Source of the DNA: a virus
Lineage: Duplodnaviria > Caudoviricetes
Strand: one strand, 5' to 3'
IMG/VR virus record: IMGVR_UViG_3300036833_000428
Coordinates: 1 to 63,486 of that record
Length of the DNA stretch: 63,486 nucleotides
Shown here: positions 29,998 through 40,231 of the stretch, one piece after another
How the letters are laid out: each line of letters opens with the position of its first letter
Numbering within the stretch: position 1 is the stretch's first letter
Position numbers and translations under genes: made by a program
The notes under the pieces: model-generated
What the model was told of the DNA's origin: nothing
What the model saw: only the letters and a program-made list of their open reading frames with translations
Databases searched by the model: none

Positions 29998-30202
29998 CTT
30001 GCTTTTCGATTTGCCCCCGTAATTCGCTTAAACTGCGTATCGCAAAACGTATACCACTAATTTCGCCGCAAAGCCACTTGTACTCGGCATAATCCACTGC
30101 GTTTCCCTTCGAAAGGTGCTGCAGGTTTCGATCGATCGCCGCCTCCAGCTCCTCCTGCAACGCATAATCCAGCGGGCCGATAGCTTGATTTTTGATGGCC
30201 AT
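29987..30202 (-). CDS. Small conserved head-module protein
   Basis: LSKGNAVDYAEYKWLCGEISGI helical hairpin. Confidence 0.7.
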   Translation of the reverse strand: MAIKNQAIGPLDYALQEELEAAIDRNLQHLSKGNAVDYAEYKWLCGEISGIRFAIRSLSELRGQIEKQDES

Positions 30203-30206
30203 GGCA

Positions 30207-31130
30207 TCAGCGGCCCAGCAATGCCTGCCCCCCGCGCCGCATGGGTTTCGCCTGCTTGGGCGAACCGTAAGAATCCTGCCGGATACGCCGGCGCAGTTCA
30301 TCCAGACGCCGCGCCCCCGCATTCGTCGATCCGTCCCCCAGAGCCGCTACCGTCGGCGCATCGACCACATACTCGCCATCGGAAAGCAATACCGGCCGGC
30401 CCGATGGAGTGCGCCCCTCAATCTCATCCGATTGACCTGTCCCGGGGCCTTCGAGCAATCCTCCCCCGGCGCTCCCCAGCTCTTCATTCTGTTGATCGCC
30501 TTCGTCACCTTCGTCCTGTTGATCGCCTTCTTCGCCTTCTCCCTCGGAACCTTCACGCCCCTGAATGATCCGCTCCAGGTCGCCGAGCGCCGATTCACCA
30601 AAAATTTGGACAAACCGCTCGAGCGCCTCCTCCGGGTGCGGGTGCTCCCCATCGAGCGCCATCATGGCCTCTACCATCACCTGCTTATCTTCCTGGCCTT
30701 CTTGTGAAAGATCCCCCTCCGGCTCTTCCAGATCTTCCGGCGATGGACCCTCAGAATCTTCAGGTGCCGGACCCCCTTGCTGATACGGCAGAGTCATGGT
30801 CGAACCCGGAAAAGCCGTAAAGGCCGGATTGCGAAATTGACCGGCCATCTGCTGCTCTAACGCCAGGACGCGCCGGTGCATCGGATCGGGATTGTATAGG
30901 TTAGGGCGCGAGGCCGCGTAAAGCTGCCCTACCGGATCGAGCGATCCACCCCCCTGCAGGCGCAATGCCCGCTCCAGATGCGGCATCGTGCGCCGCAGGG
31001 AACCGACACCCCCTAAACCCGAAGTTCCGGTCAAGCCCGGATTGCGGAATTCGCGCTCGGCATAACTGGGGTTCAGACGCCTCTCGAAGGATCGGATCGG
31101 ATTGCTGTACCCGGAAAGCGTGGAAGCCAT
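30207..31130 (-). CDS. Putative virion protein with a GPGTGxSDxI...LSDGEYV domain
   Basis: GGGLLEGPGTGQSDEI...LLSDGEYVVDA domain, otherwise familiar from tape-measure C-termini; several xxGG motifs. Confidence 0.75.
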   Translation of the reverse strand: MASTLSGYSNPIRSFERRLNPSYAEREFRNPGLTGTSGLGGVGSLRRTMPHLERALRLQGGGSLDPVGQLYAASRPNLYNPDPMHRRVLALEQQMAGQFRNPAFTAFPGSTMTLPYQQGGPAPEDSEGPSPEDLEEPEGDLSQEGQEDKQVMVEAMMALDGEHPHPEEALERFVQIFGESALGDLERIIQGREGSEGEGEEGDQQDEGDEGDQQNEELGSAGGGLLEGPGTGQSDEIEGRTPSGRPVLLSDGEYVVDAPTVAALGDGSTNAGARRLDELRRRIRQDSYGSPKQAKPMRRGGQALLGR

Positions 31131-31131
31131 A

Positions 31132-31407
31132 TTATGGGTCCGTATCCATGACTACTGTCAAAAAGTATACTCCCGGATTCCCGGGAAGCTCTTTCAGATA
31201 AAGCGTGCCTACCGGGAGCCCGGCGGTGGTGGCCTGATCCGCCGGCACCCGCACGGCATCAGTACAGATCAGACGCCCCGCAATGGTTTCGCCCAAAGCC
31301 TCGCGCTGCCCCATGTAACGATTGAAGGCCTCGGCCGTCTGCGCCGCGTGCTGCTGATCGTATGCCGCCGGAGCCTTGGGAATCGATTGACGAACAGCTC
31401 GTGCCAT
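31132..31407 (-). CDS. Small tail-associated protein
   Basis: IPKAPAAYDQ...GLPVGTLY; directly follows the nozzle gene. Confidence 0.65.
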   Translation of the reverse strand: MARAVRQSIPKAPAAYDQQHAAQTAEAFNRYMGQREALGETIAGRLICTDAVRVPADQATTAGLPVGTLYLKELPGNPGVYFLTVVMDTDP

Positions 31408-31409
31408 AA

Positions 31410-33317
31410 CTACCTCATTCCATCCGGCTGCAGATCCGCGCGCAAGGTGCCTAAACGCCAGCCTACGCCCAAACCCTCCGACTCGATGCGAAAGCTGATC
31501 TGCCGTTCCCGGATGCGAATATACTGTTCCGCGGTCATCGCGTTAACGTCCAGGCGCACGGCCGCATACTTGGGCTTGCCCGGAGCAGATCGAGCCAGAA
31601 TGGTAATCCCTACCGTTTGGCTCGTACCTCCGTCGCCGCGAAAGGCCACGTCAGGAATAAAGCGCGGCCCCATCAGCAGATAATGATCGCCGCCGCCATT
31701 GTCGAGATCCGAAGACTCGATGTAGGCAGGGAGCTGGTTGCCATTGTCGTCATCACCGAATTCGTGGTAGTAGAGCAGGCTGTTCGAACGATCAGTCGCG
31801 ACCGGATAGTTCGCGCGGCCCATATCGAGCCAGGCCGTGCGCTCGAGCGTCCCGATCGACCAGGTCTGGTCCACATAGTTGTAGATCACATAGCGGTCGT
31901 TCTCCTGGGATTTACTCGACGGGTAAAACCAGATCGCCTCAGAAAAGATGTGGTTGTGCCCGGCGTACACTTTATAGCCCTGGAGGTAATTGAAATCGCT
32001 GAAAATATAATCCTTCACCGCGCACGGCAGTTCCTGAATTTGGCCCGTATAAACGTAGAAGATGCCGCGGTCCATCCACAGCACCATCGAGCCCACATTG
32101 ATGCAGGCGTTGGGCCCGACGATCGACAAACCTTCGGCAATCGAGTCAAAACCAAAGAAATAGGGGCTGCCGATGTACTTCATCGACCATAGGCCCAAAT
32201 CGGTCCAGATGAGAATCTCCTGACGCGTGCGCATCGCAGAAATGATAAAGCTGCCGGCCGAAAGCCGCTGGCTGCCAGCCGAATTCGTCCTCAAAGGCTG
32301 CCAGGTGTAAGCCTCTTCTTCGCTCGACCAGCGCACCAACAGTGTGTCCGGAACCGTGACGCCGGTCTCCGGCCAGTCGCAGCCCATGGCGATTAAGTGG
32401 CGGTCATTAGGGGAAACCAGAACCTGACTGGCCGTGGTGGGTGCCTGAACCGGAGTGAAGGTCGTGCCGCCTACCGTAACCGCTTGGGTCAAATTCGCGG
32501 CCCGAGTGGCCAGACCCGAGGCACGGTGCCAGTAATAGATCGGACCGCCACGCACATTGGCCACCAGGTCCTCGCCGAAATTGTCCAAATCCCAAATACG
32601 CAACTGATTGATCGTCGGGTTGGCCGGATCGATCTGCGTGGGATCAAAAGGCTCCCCCCACCCGACCTGCCAGTTGGCCGGCATGGTGGAGGAGCTGTTC
32701 CAGGGCGGAATACCCCAGCCCTGGCCAACCGTGGCGTCATCCGCACCAGAGTGAATCAAGAAAGTAACCGTGACCGAGGGGCCGCCGCCCGTGGCGCCCG
32801 CCGTTACAATCGTGCCCGGCGGCTCAATGATGAAATGATTGGCATCGGGAACGTAAATCACCTGGAATTGAGCGTTCAGGACCTGCGGAGTAAAGACATC
32901 AACCGCAGTGGTGACACCACTGAAAACGACATAGTCCCCCATGTTGGCTTGGTGCGCGGTGGCATTCACGGTGAGCTGGTTGCCGCCAACCGCCCCCGTA
33001 GTAAAGGGATTTGCCAACGAGGTTATCGTCGCCCGCACCGGCGTGATGTCGTAGTAATCCTCGCTCCACAAAATGTAAAGGTGCGAAGAAGTCCCTAGAC
33101 CCACAAGGCGAAAGTCATACTCCACGCTCGACCACTGATGAATATGGCGGCAAACACCCTCGATAGACGTCTGAATCACCGCCTTCCAACCGCCAATCTT
33201 TTCCGGATTGCCGCGCCGGAAACGCACCTTGTCGCAGTCGTACCAGCCGCCCGAATTGGCATACTCGGTCGACTCGCGGAAAATGCCGGGTTGAAACTGC
33301 AGCTTAGTTAACGCCAC
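31410..33317 (-). CDS. Tail nozzle / stabilisation protein (P22 gp10 or T7 gp12-like beta-propeller)
   Basis: FQPGI...GWYDCDKVRFR...PEKIGGW; VRWSS; C-terminal WRLG...DLQPDGMR. Confidence 0.8.
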   Translation of the reverse strand: MALTKLQFQPGIFRESTEYANSGGWYDCDKVRFRRGNPEKIGGWKAVIQTSIEGVCRHIHQWSSVEYDFRLVGLGTSSHLYILWSEDYYDITPVRATITSLANPFTTGAVGGNQLTVNATAHQANMGDYVVFSGVTTAVDVFTPQVLNAQFQVIYVPDANHFIIEPPGTIVTAGATGGGPSVTVTFLIHSGADDATVGQGWGIPPWNSSSTMPANWQVGWGEPFDPTQIDPANPTINQLRIWDLDNFGEDLVANVRGGPIYYWHRASGLATRAANLTQAVTVGGTTFTPVQAPTTASQVLVSPNDRHLIAMGCDWPETGVTVPDTLLVRWSSEEEAYTWQPLRTNSAGSQRLSAGSFIISAMRTRQEILIWTDLGLWSMKYIGSPYFFGFDSIAEGLSIVGPNACINVGSMVLWMDRGIFYVYTGQIQELPCAVKDYIFSDFNYLQGYKVYAGHNHIFSEAIWFYPSSKSQENDRYVIYNYVDQTWSIGTLERTAWLDMGRANYPVATDRSNSLLYYHEFGDDDNGNQLPAYIESSDLDNGGGDHYLLMGPRFIPDVAFRGDGGTSQTVGITILARSAPGKPKYAAVRLDVNAMTAEQYIRIRERQISFRIESEGLGVGWRLGTLRADLQPDGMR

Positions 33318-33684
33318 TGGGTACGATGGCCGGCTGGCCGTTCAATTCAATCTGCGCCAGAACCGGCTCGAGCCAGAAGCGATCACTCACCCCATAGCCG
33401 CCCTGCCAGTCCTTGACCACTTTCGAGAGCCGCTCGAACTCGTCAGTCGAAAAATCAAATTCGCGCAGCGGGGTATCCGGCTTGATGTCCCACTGCGGAA
33501 CCTGCTGCTCCGTGCCGTCGAGTTTGACCAGCCGGAAATTAATGTCCTTGCGCTCATCAGAGGAGAGCTCCAGGCGATCGAGCAGGCGCCAGTAGAGACG
33601 CAGGTCCTCTACCGGAGCATTGCGCTGCGCGCCGATTAGGGCGCAGAGATTCAAGCGCTGCGTATGATTGAGAGTCAATTTCAT
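33304..33684 (-). CDS. Small fibre-associated protein
   Basis: Directly follows fibre 2 in the operon. Confidence 0.65.
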   Translation of the reverse strand: MKLTLNHTQRLNLCALIGAQRNAPVEDLRLYWRLLDRLELSSDERKDINFRLVKLDGTEQQVPQWDIKPDTPLREFDFSTDEFERLSKVVKDWQGGYGVSDRFWLEPVLAQIELNGQPAIVPSGVN

Positions 33685-33691
33685 ATTTCAG

Positions 33692-36600
33692 CTAGCTCCT
33701 GAGCTCCAGCTTCTTCAGCCGCTCGTCGATCTGCTTAAATGCGTTCACCGCAAGCCAAGTGAAGGAGCTGGGATTGAGGGTCACGATCTCGGTTGGTTCA
33801 TCGTCGATTTCCCCCTTCACGCGATGGGTCCATTCGGGAATAATTCTTTCGGCGTCCTGACCGGCAACCCCCACCCCGCGGCGGCCCGCCTCCGTATTAA
33901 ACTTGCCGTTCCACTCAAAAGCGATCGGATCCAGTTGAGTCAGAACCTCGAGGCCATCCGTAAAGGGCCGGATGTTTTCCTTGAGCCGGATATCGCAGGT
34001 GGTGTCCCAGTTCAGCTCGCCCTTGTTATAGGCCGCGCCGGCATTCACATAAATGGCATAACCGGGAAAATGTCCGGGAGTGCCGACCGACAAGCCACCG
34101 CCCTGTACGAACTGCGCCATGGGCTGAACCTGGTTGTTATAAAGAATAATGTCCCCGCTCGTGTTCACCCCGATCCAGTTAAAATTGGCGCTCGAGTTGG
34201 GGCGCAGCGCCAACGAGTAGTTTTCGTTCGCGTTCGTGATCGTCACGCGGCCGGTAAAGTTGGCGCCCGCGGCCGAGATGCTGCTCGAGACGGAAAGCGT
34301 GGAGAGCGTCAGATTGCCGTTTACCTGCACGTCATTTGAAAAGGTCGCGGGACTCGCATAAATAGTCAAAGGCAGGTAGGCAGTGAGAGCATTGTTGATG
34401 GAATAAATGGCGGATCCACTACCAACCGGGCCTATGAAGACATTCGCATTCGCCTGCGTGCGACAGGTAAGCGGCCAGCCGGGAGCACCGGACCAGCCGC
34501 CACAGGCGATCCAGCCATTGACTACCAGATGATGGCTGCCGGCCGTGAAATAGCCCATCTGCGCGGCGGAGTAATCCCAGAAGATCGTATTGCCAGCGGT
34601 GTCCGCCCCTATGAAGTTGGGCGATTGAGCCGTGCTATAAGCGAAAGCAATCGAGTACTGATCATTGCGACCCATAAACAAAGATCGACCCAAAACGGAA
34701 AGATAATAACCACCCGGAGCCTGCCCGATCCCCAGCTGATTGGTCTGCGTAAAAGAGGAGTTGATCAACAGCGGCTCAAGAGTCGTAAGAGCATTGTCTA
34801 AACATTGAATATCCGAACCGTTACTCCAGGCACCCACCAGAAAATTGCAATTGGATTGCGTCCGAATATGCAGCGGGTTTGCGGCACCGGCCAGCCCAAT
34901 GCCCACAAAGCCATTCGACTCGATATCGATCGCCAGGATTGTTCCGGCCGACGTATAAAAACGCTGCCCCGACGCCGCTTCGATATGCAGATAGTTGCTT
35001 TCGATGCCCAGTCCATAAAAAGAACCAGGTCCTCCATCCCAAACGGCCAGCTTACGATTGTTAATCGAAGAACCAAATGACAGCGGAAAATTGGGCGTCG
35101 AAGTGCCGATACCCACATTGCCCCCCGCTGAAATAACCATGGCTGCAATTATTCCCGAACCGTCGGAGTGCAAGCCTAGGAACTGAAAGCCACCGCCAGT
35201 CGCCACATCGGGACCATATGACAGGAACCGCGAATTACCGCTATAGAAATCCAGCCCGAGTTCATTGGGGGCCTGGACAGTGGTTGGCCCCTGAATCTTA
35301 ACGGCTCCGTTTACAGTCAGCGTTTCGGTAGGCGATGTCGTCCCGATTCCCACCCTGCCACCCGAAGCCGCGTTCAGATAGATCGCGCTGCCTTCGATCC
35401 GAACCGGCTGATAGACGCTTGCCGTCCGATCGTAAGCTTGAATCACACCCCATGATGCCGATGGGTTGTAGTACACCTCCAAACCAGCTCCGCTCGCAGG
35501 ATTTGCGTTGAGGTTGTCCACCCGCATCAGGCCGTTCACATTGAGATAACAGGTGGGAGTCGAAGTGTTGATCCCTACGTACCCGGAATTGTTGATCACC
35601 ATGCGCGGAGCAGGCCAACTCATCACTTGTCCGACCGTAAAGCCGGAGGCCACGTAAAACGACAAACCAACAGTGGCCTGCAGATGTAGAATCGCGGCCT
35701 GAGTGTCCAGCGCAATCCACTGGTTATTCACCCGGTCAGCGCCCAAAGCCACCACCGCCTGCCCAGGAGCAAAGCCCGTAATCGTGACTCCGGTTTGCCC
35801 CGGCGACAGAATCTTGAACTGGCTCGTCGTGCCGGGACCAGTTAGCGTCAGCTGACGGTCCGGCCAAGCACCAATCCCGAGATAGCCCTGATTGTCCAGA
35901 AACAACTGGTTGACCGGCCCGGTCGAATTATCCGGCCGCGTCGAGAACAACAGCGCCCCGCCACGATTATTGGCCGCCGAACCCATGGTCTGAACATCGA
36001 TATGCGCAAGGATGTTATTGGCGGCCGTGTTATTGGCATCTACCCAGACGATCGATCCCGTCTCGATATTGTTCGCATCGGCCGTCGTCTGAACCAGCTC
36101 CAGGATCCCGGCATCGGAAGCGCCCTTGATCGTGACGTAGCTGCGACCCGCCGTGAGCGGCTTTTCGAGCGGCCCCGCAGCATTCACCCCGAGAAAGCCC
36201 GCACTCTGGAGCGAATAGCCGGCCGCATTGATATTCATGGTCCAAGGAGTGGGCGGCACGGGAGCAGCCCAAGCAGTCTGGTTAGCCTGCGCCGTCAATA
36301 CATCGCCAGCCGCCCCCTTCGGTAATACCGTCCAGAAACCAGGCGTGGGCTGAGTGTCATAGACCAGCAGATCCCCGGTCGTGGAACCGGCCGGCAAGCT
36401 GCCGCCTCCGCCACTGCCACCAATGCCCTGAATGACAACATCCACCGCATCGGAGCCCGTATTGTCCGTAATGGTCAGAGTAATGTTGGGCCCCTCAATG
36501 AAGTTCAAGTTCGCGCGCGTCCCTTCGAGCGTGCTGTTGAACGTGACGTTGACTTTCTGAATGTTGGAATTGTCGACCACTGAAAGCGTTCGGTCCGCTG

Positions 36601-37315
36601 AAAGATCACCCCCGCCGGCGAGCCCATACCCGGCATTGATCAAGCGGGTGGTCGGCACGTAACCCGCAATGGTTGAAGTGCCGGAAACCGTGATGCCCGC
36701 GGAGAAAGTCGCCAGCGCCGCGAAAGTCTTGCTGCCACCGAAAGTCTGCACCCCGGTGGTCACCACACCACGTGCCGTCCCGGAGGCATCGGGAATATTC
36801 AACTGCAGGCTCGTACCCAGCGTGGCCGGCGAACTGCTGACACTCAAATCCGCCGCCGGGTTGGCCGTAAGAGTGAGGCCAATCGTGTTCGGCGAAACGT
36901 TGATCATGGTCACGTACATCGGCACCCAGTGACTACCGTTCCAACCGAGAAACTGGCCCTGCGTGGCGCCGGCGCTGGTCAGCTGCAGGGCCGAGATCAT
37001 TACACTCGGCGTGGCCGGGAACCCGACGCGGATCTGACCCAGATTCACCGAGGGCAGGTTCGGAATGATCCAGAACTCGCTCCATAGCCCGCCCTCTTCG
37101 AGCTCATAAAGCGCTGTGTAATAGACCCCATAGGGCTGGGCATTGACGTTCGAGTAGATCGTGAGATTCAACGCCCCGTTGACAATCGCGAAGGCCTGCT
37201 GGCTGGCCGCCACCGCCACCCCATTCGCCTGAAATGCAGGGCACGAGACCACCACCTGGCCATTCGCCAGGCGGCCGTCTTCGTAAGCCACCGTACCCTG
37301 AACCGTGGTCATCAT
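33692..37315 (-). CDS. Fibre protein 2 with C-terminal peptidase S74-type chaperone
   Basis: ATGA-coupled start at 37315; repeated VGIGT modules; CDIRLKENI...AQD...coiled coil. Confidence 0.88.
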   Translation of the reverse strand: MMTTVQGTVAYEDGRLANGQVVVSCPAFQANGVAVAASQQAFAIVNGALNLTIYSNVNAQPYGVYYTALYELEEGGLWSEFWIIPNLPSVNLGQIRVGFPATPSVMISALQLTSAGATQGQFLGWNGSHWVPMYVTMINVSPNTIGLTLTANPAADLSVSSSPATLGTSLQLNIPDASGTARGVVTTGVQTFGGSKTFAALATFSAGITVSGTSTIAGYVPTTRLINAGYGLAGGGDLSADRTLSVVDNSNIQKVNVTFNSTLEGTRANLNFIEGPNITLTITDNTGSDAVDVVIQGIGGSGGGGSLPAGSTTGDLLVYDTQPTPGFWTVLPKGAAGDVLTAQANQTAWAAPVPPTPWTMNINAAGYSLQSAGFLGVNAAGPLEKPLTAGRSYVTIKGASDAGILELVQTTADANNIETGSIVWVDANNTAANNILAHIDVQTMGSAANNRGGALLFSTRPDNSTGPVNQLFLDNQGYLGIGAWPDRQLTLTGPGTTSQFKILSPGQTGVTITGFAPGQAVVALGADRVNNQWIALDTQAAILHLQATVGLSFYVASGFTVGQVMSWPAPRMVINNSGYVGINTSTPTCYLNVNGLMRVDNLNANPASGAGLEVYYNPSASWGVIQAYDRTASVYQPVRIEGSAIYLNAASGGRVGIGTTSPTETLTVNGAVKIQGPTTVQAPNELGLDFYSGNSRFLSYGPDVATGGGFQFLGLHSDGSGIIAAMVISAGGNVGIGTSTPNFPLSFGSSINNRKLAVWDGGPGSFYGLGIESNYLHIEAASGQRFYTSAGTILAIDIESNGFVGIGLAGAANPLHIRTQSNCNFLVGAWSNGSDIQCLDNALTTLEPLLINSSFTQTNQLGIGQAPGGYYLSVLGRSLFMGRNDQYSIAFAYSTAQSPNFIGADTAGNTIFWDYSAAQMGYFTAGSHHLVVNGWIACGGWSGAPGWPLTCRTQANANVFIGPVGSGSAIYSINNALTAYLPLTIYASPATFSNDVQVNGNLTLSTLSVSSSISAAGANFTGRVTITNANENYSLALRPNSSANFNWIGVNTSGDIILYNNQVQPMAQFVQGGGLSVGTPGHFPGYAIYVNAGAAYNKGELNWDTTCDIRLKENIRPFTDGLEVLTQLDPIAFEWNGKFNTEAGRRGVGVAGQDAERIIPEWTHRVKGEIDDEPTEIVTLNPSSFTWLAVNAFKQIDERLKKLELRS

Positions 37316-38913
37316 AAGGCGTTTTGGCTGATGTTCCAGGTCACCCCGGTCTGATTGCCGCCCGAAAGCGGCAGCGAGGCGTAGAAATTGGAACCGTTGT
37401 AATAAAACTGAACGACCAAGTAGCCCCCGCCCGAGCCCAGCGAATGAAAATACATCCGGCAGCAATTGGCAGGGACATTGTCGGCCGGATTGGTGTAAAT
37501 GGCCGATTCGTAAACAATCGAGGCGCCCTGAACATAAGAGCCGCCCTGGTTCTGAGCGATGTGCAGCGTCGCGAGCGGTGCGCCCCCAATAACCGGATGG
37601 CCCAGCAGCACCCTCCCCTGCGAGTTGTAATTGACGAAGCCGCCGGTGCCCGCGAAGAACGGATTGCCGCTACCGTCAATCGAAGCGATCGTCTGGCCCG
37701 CGGAATTCTGCCAGACCTGCACATAGTTCTGACTCGGAGCACCGCGCACGACCAGGGTGTATTGGTTGGGGTTGGAACCGAGCACCGCCAGGCGCGCGCC
37801 AATATCCGCGTACCCCCCCACCGTCACGTTGCCGCTCGCCCGGAAAAAACTGATCGTCTGAAAGATCCCCCCGCCGCTATCGTTATAAGCCAAGAGCAGC
37901 AGGTTGCTGCCGGCATTCCCACCCGACTCCGCTTCGGCCGGCGTATAGAGATTCCAGCGCGCCGACCCGTTCGTCGCCCAAATGAACTGGCGCGACTGCG
38001 TGGTGATCTGCGCGGTGTCGATCCAGATCTCCGGGTAGAGCACATTCATGCCGATATGCAAGGTGTGACCGGGAACGCCACCCAGGCCGAGACCAACGCC
38101 CGGATTAATGTAAACATTCGATTGCGCCAGCACGTTCGACGCATTAGAGAAGTAAACTCCATAAGCCGCCGAACCGCCGATGGAGTTCCCCACCGCCAGA
38201 CCTACGCTCGTCCAGGCGAGCGCCGGCCCCGCCACCACGCCCAGAACCTGGCCCACCGCGCCGATCGGCAACGGCACAAGCGAACCCGTGAGATGCTGAT
38301 AGTAGAGGTCGTAAGCCGCGCTCGCATAGCCCGGAACACGAATTTCCAGATAGGCCACGGTAACAATACTGGCGCTGGTAAAAGTAACATTGGCCTGGAA
38401 CGTCACCGGCTGCGTGAAAGTAGTGGCCTGCGCAAAGGAGACCGCCCCGCTCACACTCAGACTCCCCAGCACCTGAACGTTACCGAACTGCGGGTTGTAA
38501 AGCGCACCATCCACCCGGGCATTCGCACCCGCCCCATCGCAGTAAATCATCGCGGAATAGCCCGGATTGAGAGTGAAGACGCCACCACTGCCCTGCTGGA
38601 AGGTGATCGGAAAACCACCTGCAGTCGCGTTGGTCATGATGTAGAGCTTCTCGGCCGTCGAGGGCGTGATATTGACTGTACCGGCCTGTGAGAGAGTGCC
38701 AGTCCAGATAATAACCTTATTGCGGCCCTCGGCCGTCGCCCCTTGAGCGGTGTTGAGCGTATAAGAAGACGCCGACAGAGCTACGTGCTCGTTGCCGTCC
38801 GTCGCCATGTCGATCGCGTCATACGAGGTATTGGCCGTCGTGCCCCACACTCCCGCCTGCTCGCCCGTGGCGGGCTTTTCGAGACCAAGATTCTGCGTGT
38901 AAGTCGACGGCAC
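37312..38913 (-). CDS. Fibre/spike protein 3
   Basis: PSTYTQNLGLEKPATGEQAGVWGTTAN tail-attachment N-terminus with a beta-rich body. Confidence 0.8.
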   Translation of the reverse strand: MPSTYTQNLGLEKPATGEQAGVWGTTANTSYDAIDMATDGNEHVALSASSYTLNTAQGATAEGRNKVIIWTGTLSQAGTVNITPSTAEKLYIMTNATAGGFPITFQQGSGGVFTLNPGYSAMIYCDGAGANARVDGALYNPQFGNVQVLGSLSVSGAVSFAQATTFTQPVTFQANVTFTSASIVTVAYLEIRVPGYASAAYDLYYQHLTGSLVPLPIGAVGQVLGVVAGPALAWTSVGLAVGNSIGGSAAYGVYFSNASNVLAQSNVYINPGVGLGLGGVPGHTLHIGMNVLYPEIWIDTAQITTQSRQFIWATNGSARWNLYTPAEAESGGNAGSNLLLLAYNDSGGGIFQTISFFRASGNVTVGGYADIGARLAVLGSNPNQYTLVVRGAPSQNYVQVWQNSAGQTIASIDGSGNPFFAGTGGFVNYNSQGRVLLGHPVIGGAPLATLHIAQNQGGSYVQGASIVYESAIYTNPADNVPANCCRMYFHSLGSGGGYLVVQFYYNGSNFYASLPLSGGNQTGVTWNISQNAL

Positions 38914-39153
38914 TTACGTTCCTCCCCAGCGGGAATCGGGCGCCTTCCAATGCGGCGCCTGAGGTGCTCGAGGCGTCTGCCACGACCACCGCCGCTCAAA
39001 AACCGGCACCCGCACCGCGCGCCACCGCGCCATCGAAGACACGGAAGGGCCCGCACCCCAAAAACCCTCCACCGTAATCGCGCCCAAGGTGATCTGGACG
39101 GGTGGCGTCGAAACCGGAACCATCACATCGATAGGCGTAGGAGCAGGTGTCAT
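38914..39153 (-). CDS. Small putative virion protein
   Basis: Fills the operon gap with ATGA coupling. Confidence 0.5.
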   Translation of the reverse strand: MTPAPTPIDVMVPVSTPPVQITLGAITVEGFWGAGPSVSSMARWRAVRVPVFERRWSWQTPRAPQAPHWKAPDSRWGGT

Positions 39154-39575
39154 TGGTATCGAATCAGAGCCGTGGTCGGCCCGGGCGGAGGAAACCGCAC
39201 CCAGAAATTTCCAGAGACCGAAGTCTTATCCGTCACGAAATCAAAGATCAGCACGGCGCGCTGCTGCTTCGACTGGTTATAGATCAGCGCCCCGCGCGCG
39301 GTCAAAGAAGAGCTCTTCCAGACCGGATCGTCAAAGGTCGCATACGCGGTGCGGATCACCGGCCCCAGGATCTGCACGTTCTTTAAAGCCTGCCCGCCCG
39401 CCGTATACCCCGGCCCTACGATTTCCCCATCAGTGATGTAGGCCGTAGTCGAGTCGGGAGAAAGCGGAGCCGAGGCCTGATAGAGAGCCATGAAAAAAGT
39501 GTCCGTCGAAAAATTATGCAGACCCTGGAAAAGCTCGAGCTTGAAAGAAGAGCAAACGGCCGTGCCTGAAATCAT
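39150..39575 (-). CDS. Conserved virion structural protein
   Basis: CSSFKLEL..G.HNF..DTF..ALY...YTAGG...TARGALIYN...FP. Confidence 0.75.
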   Translation of the reverse strand: MISGTAVCSSFKLELFQGLHNFSTDTFFMALYQASAPLSPDSTTAYITDGEIVGPGYTAGGQALKNVQILGPVIRTAYATFDDPVWKSSSLTARGALIYNQSKQQRAVLIFDFVTDKTSVSGNFWVRFPPPGPTTALIRYQ

Positions 39576-40222
39576 GCATCCGTCCTCACATCAGGCTCTT
39601 GATACGTATCCTTCTTTGTCCGGCCCTTGGCGTAATCCTTATCCATTGCCAGGTCCTTCTCAAACGCCTGGTCGTAGCGCACGAAAATATTGTCCTCGCT
39701 CTTCATGAATTTGGCCGCTTCCACCAGAGACCCGGACAGGAGCGCGTGCGAGAAGTGATCCCCCAGCCAGCTCGTGCCCATGTCTACGATCGACGGTGGT
39801 TGATAGAAATAACCCATGCTGACCGGATAGGCCTGGTCCGGCGCCGGCGCGAACTTGAGGCTCGACTCATTCAAATACGCATAAAAGCGCGGCGTGCCCG
39901 TAAACGATAGGTCGGGGTAGCATTCGTCTAAAAACTCCGGGTCTTTGTTGACCGGGAAAACCAAGCCGTTGATGGTCGTGATCGCGACCGAATCCGGGGC
40001 CAGAAAGTCGGAAGGCACCGGCAACAGCGGCTGCGCGACCGGAGGCGTGCCCGCCGGCGGGATCAAGGCCGCGGTCGCGTCCTTGCGGAACCGGGGAAGA
40101 CGCACGCGCAACAAAATGCGGCTTTCGGCTAAACGGATATAGTTGTCGACATTCTCGACAAAACTCGCCTCAAAGTCCTGCGAGTACTCCTGAATGGCCG
40201 CGCGCAACTGTACGTAGGTCAT
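39572..40222 (-). CDS. Head-tail adaptor (tail tubular protein A-like)
   Basis: MTYVQLRAAIQEY...IRLAESRI...GTPRFYA...APAPD...WL...LLSGSLVEA. Confidence 0.8.
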   Translation of the reverse strand: MTYVQLRAAIQEYSQDFEASFVENVDNYIRLAESRILLRVRLPRFRKDATAALIPPAGTPPVAQPLLPVPSDFLAPDSVAITTINGLVFPVNKDPEFLDECYPDLSFTGTPRFYAYLNESSLKFAPAPDQAYPVSMGYFYQPPSIVDMGTSWLGDHFSHALLSGSLVEAAKFMKSEDNIFVRYDQAFEKDLAMDKDYAKGRTKKDTYQEPDVRTDA

Positions 40223-40231
40223 TGCCCATCG

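Noticed and set aside
37324-38691. Long antisense ORFs (also 22396-22977, 6989-8017, 50005-51015, 58929-60029, 57680-58597)
   Set aside because: They are shadows of well-supported genes in high-GC or repetitive DNA, with no motifs of their own.
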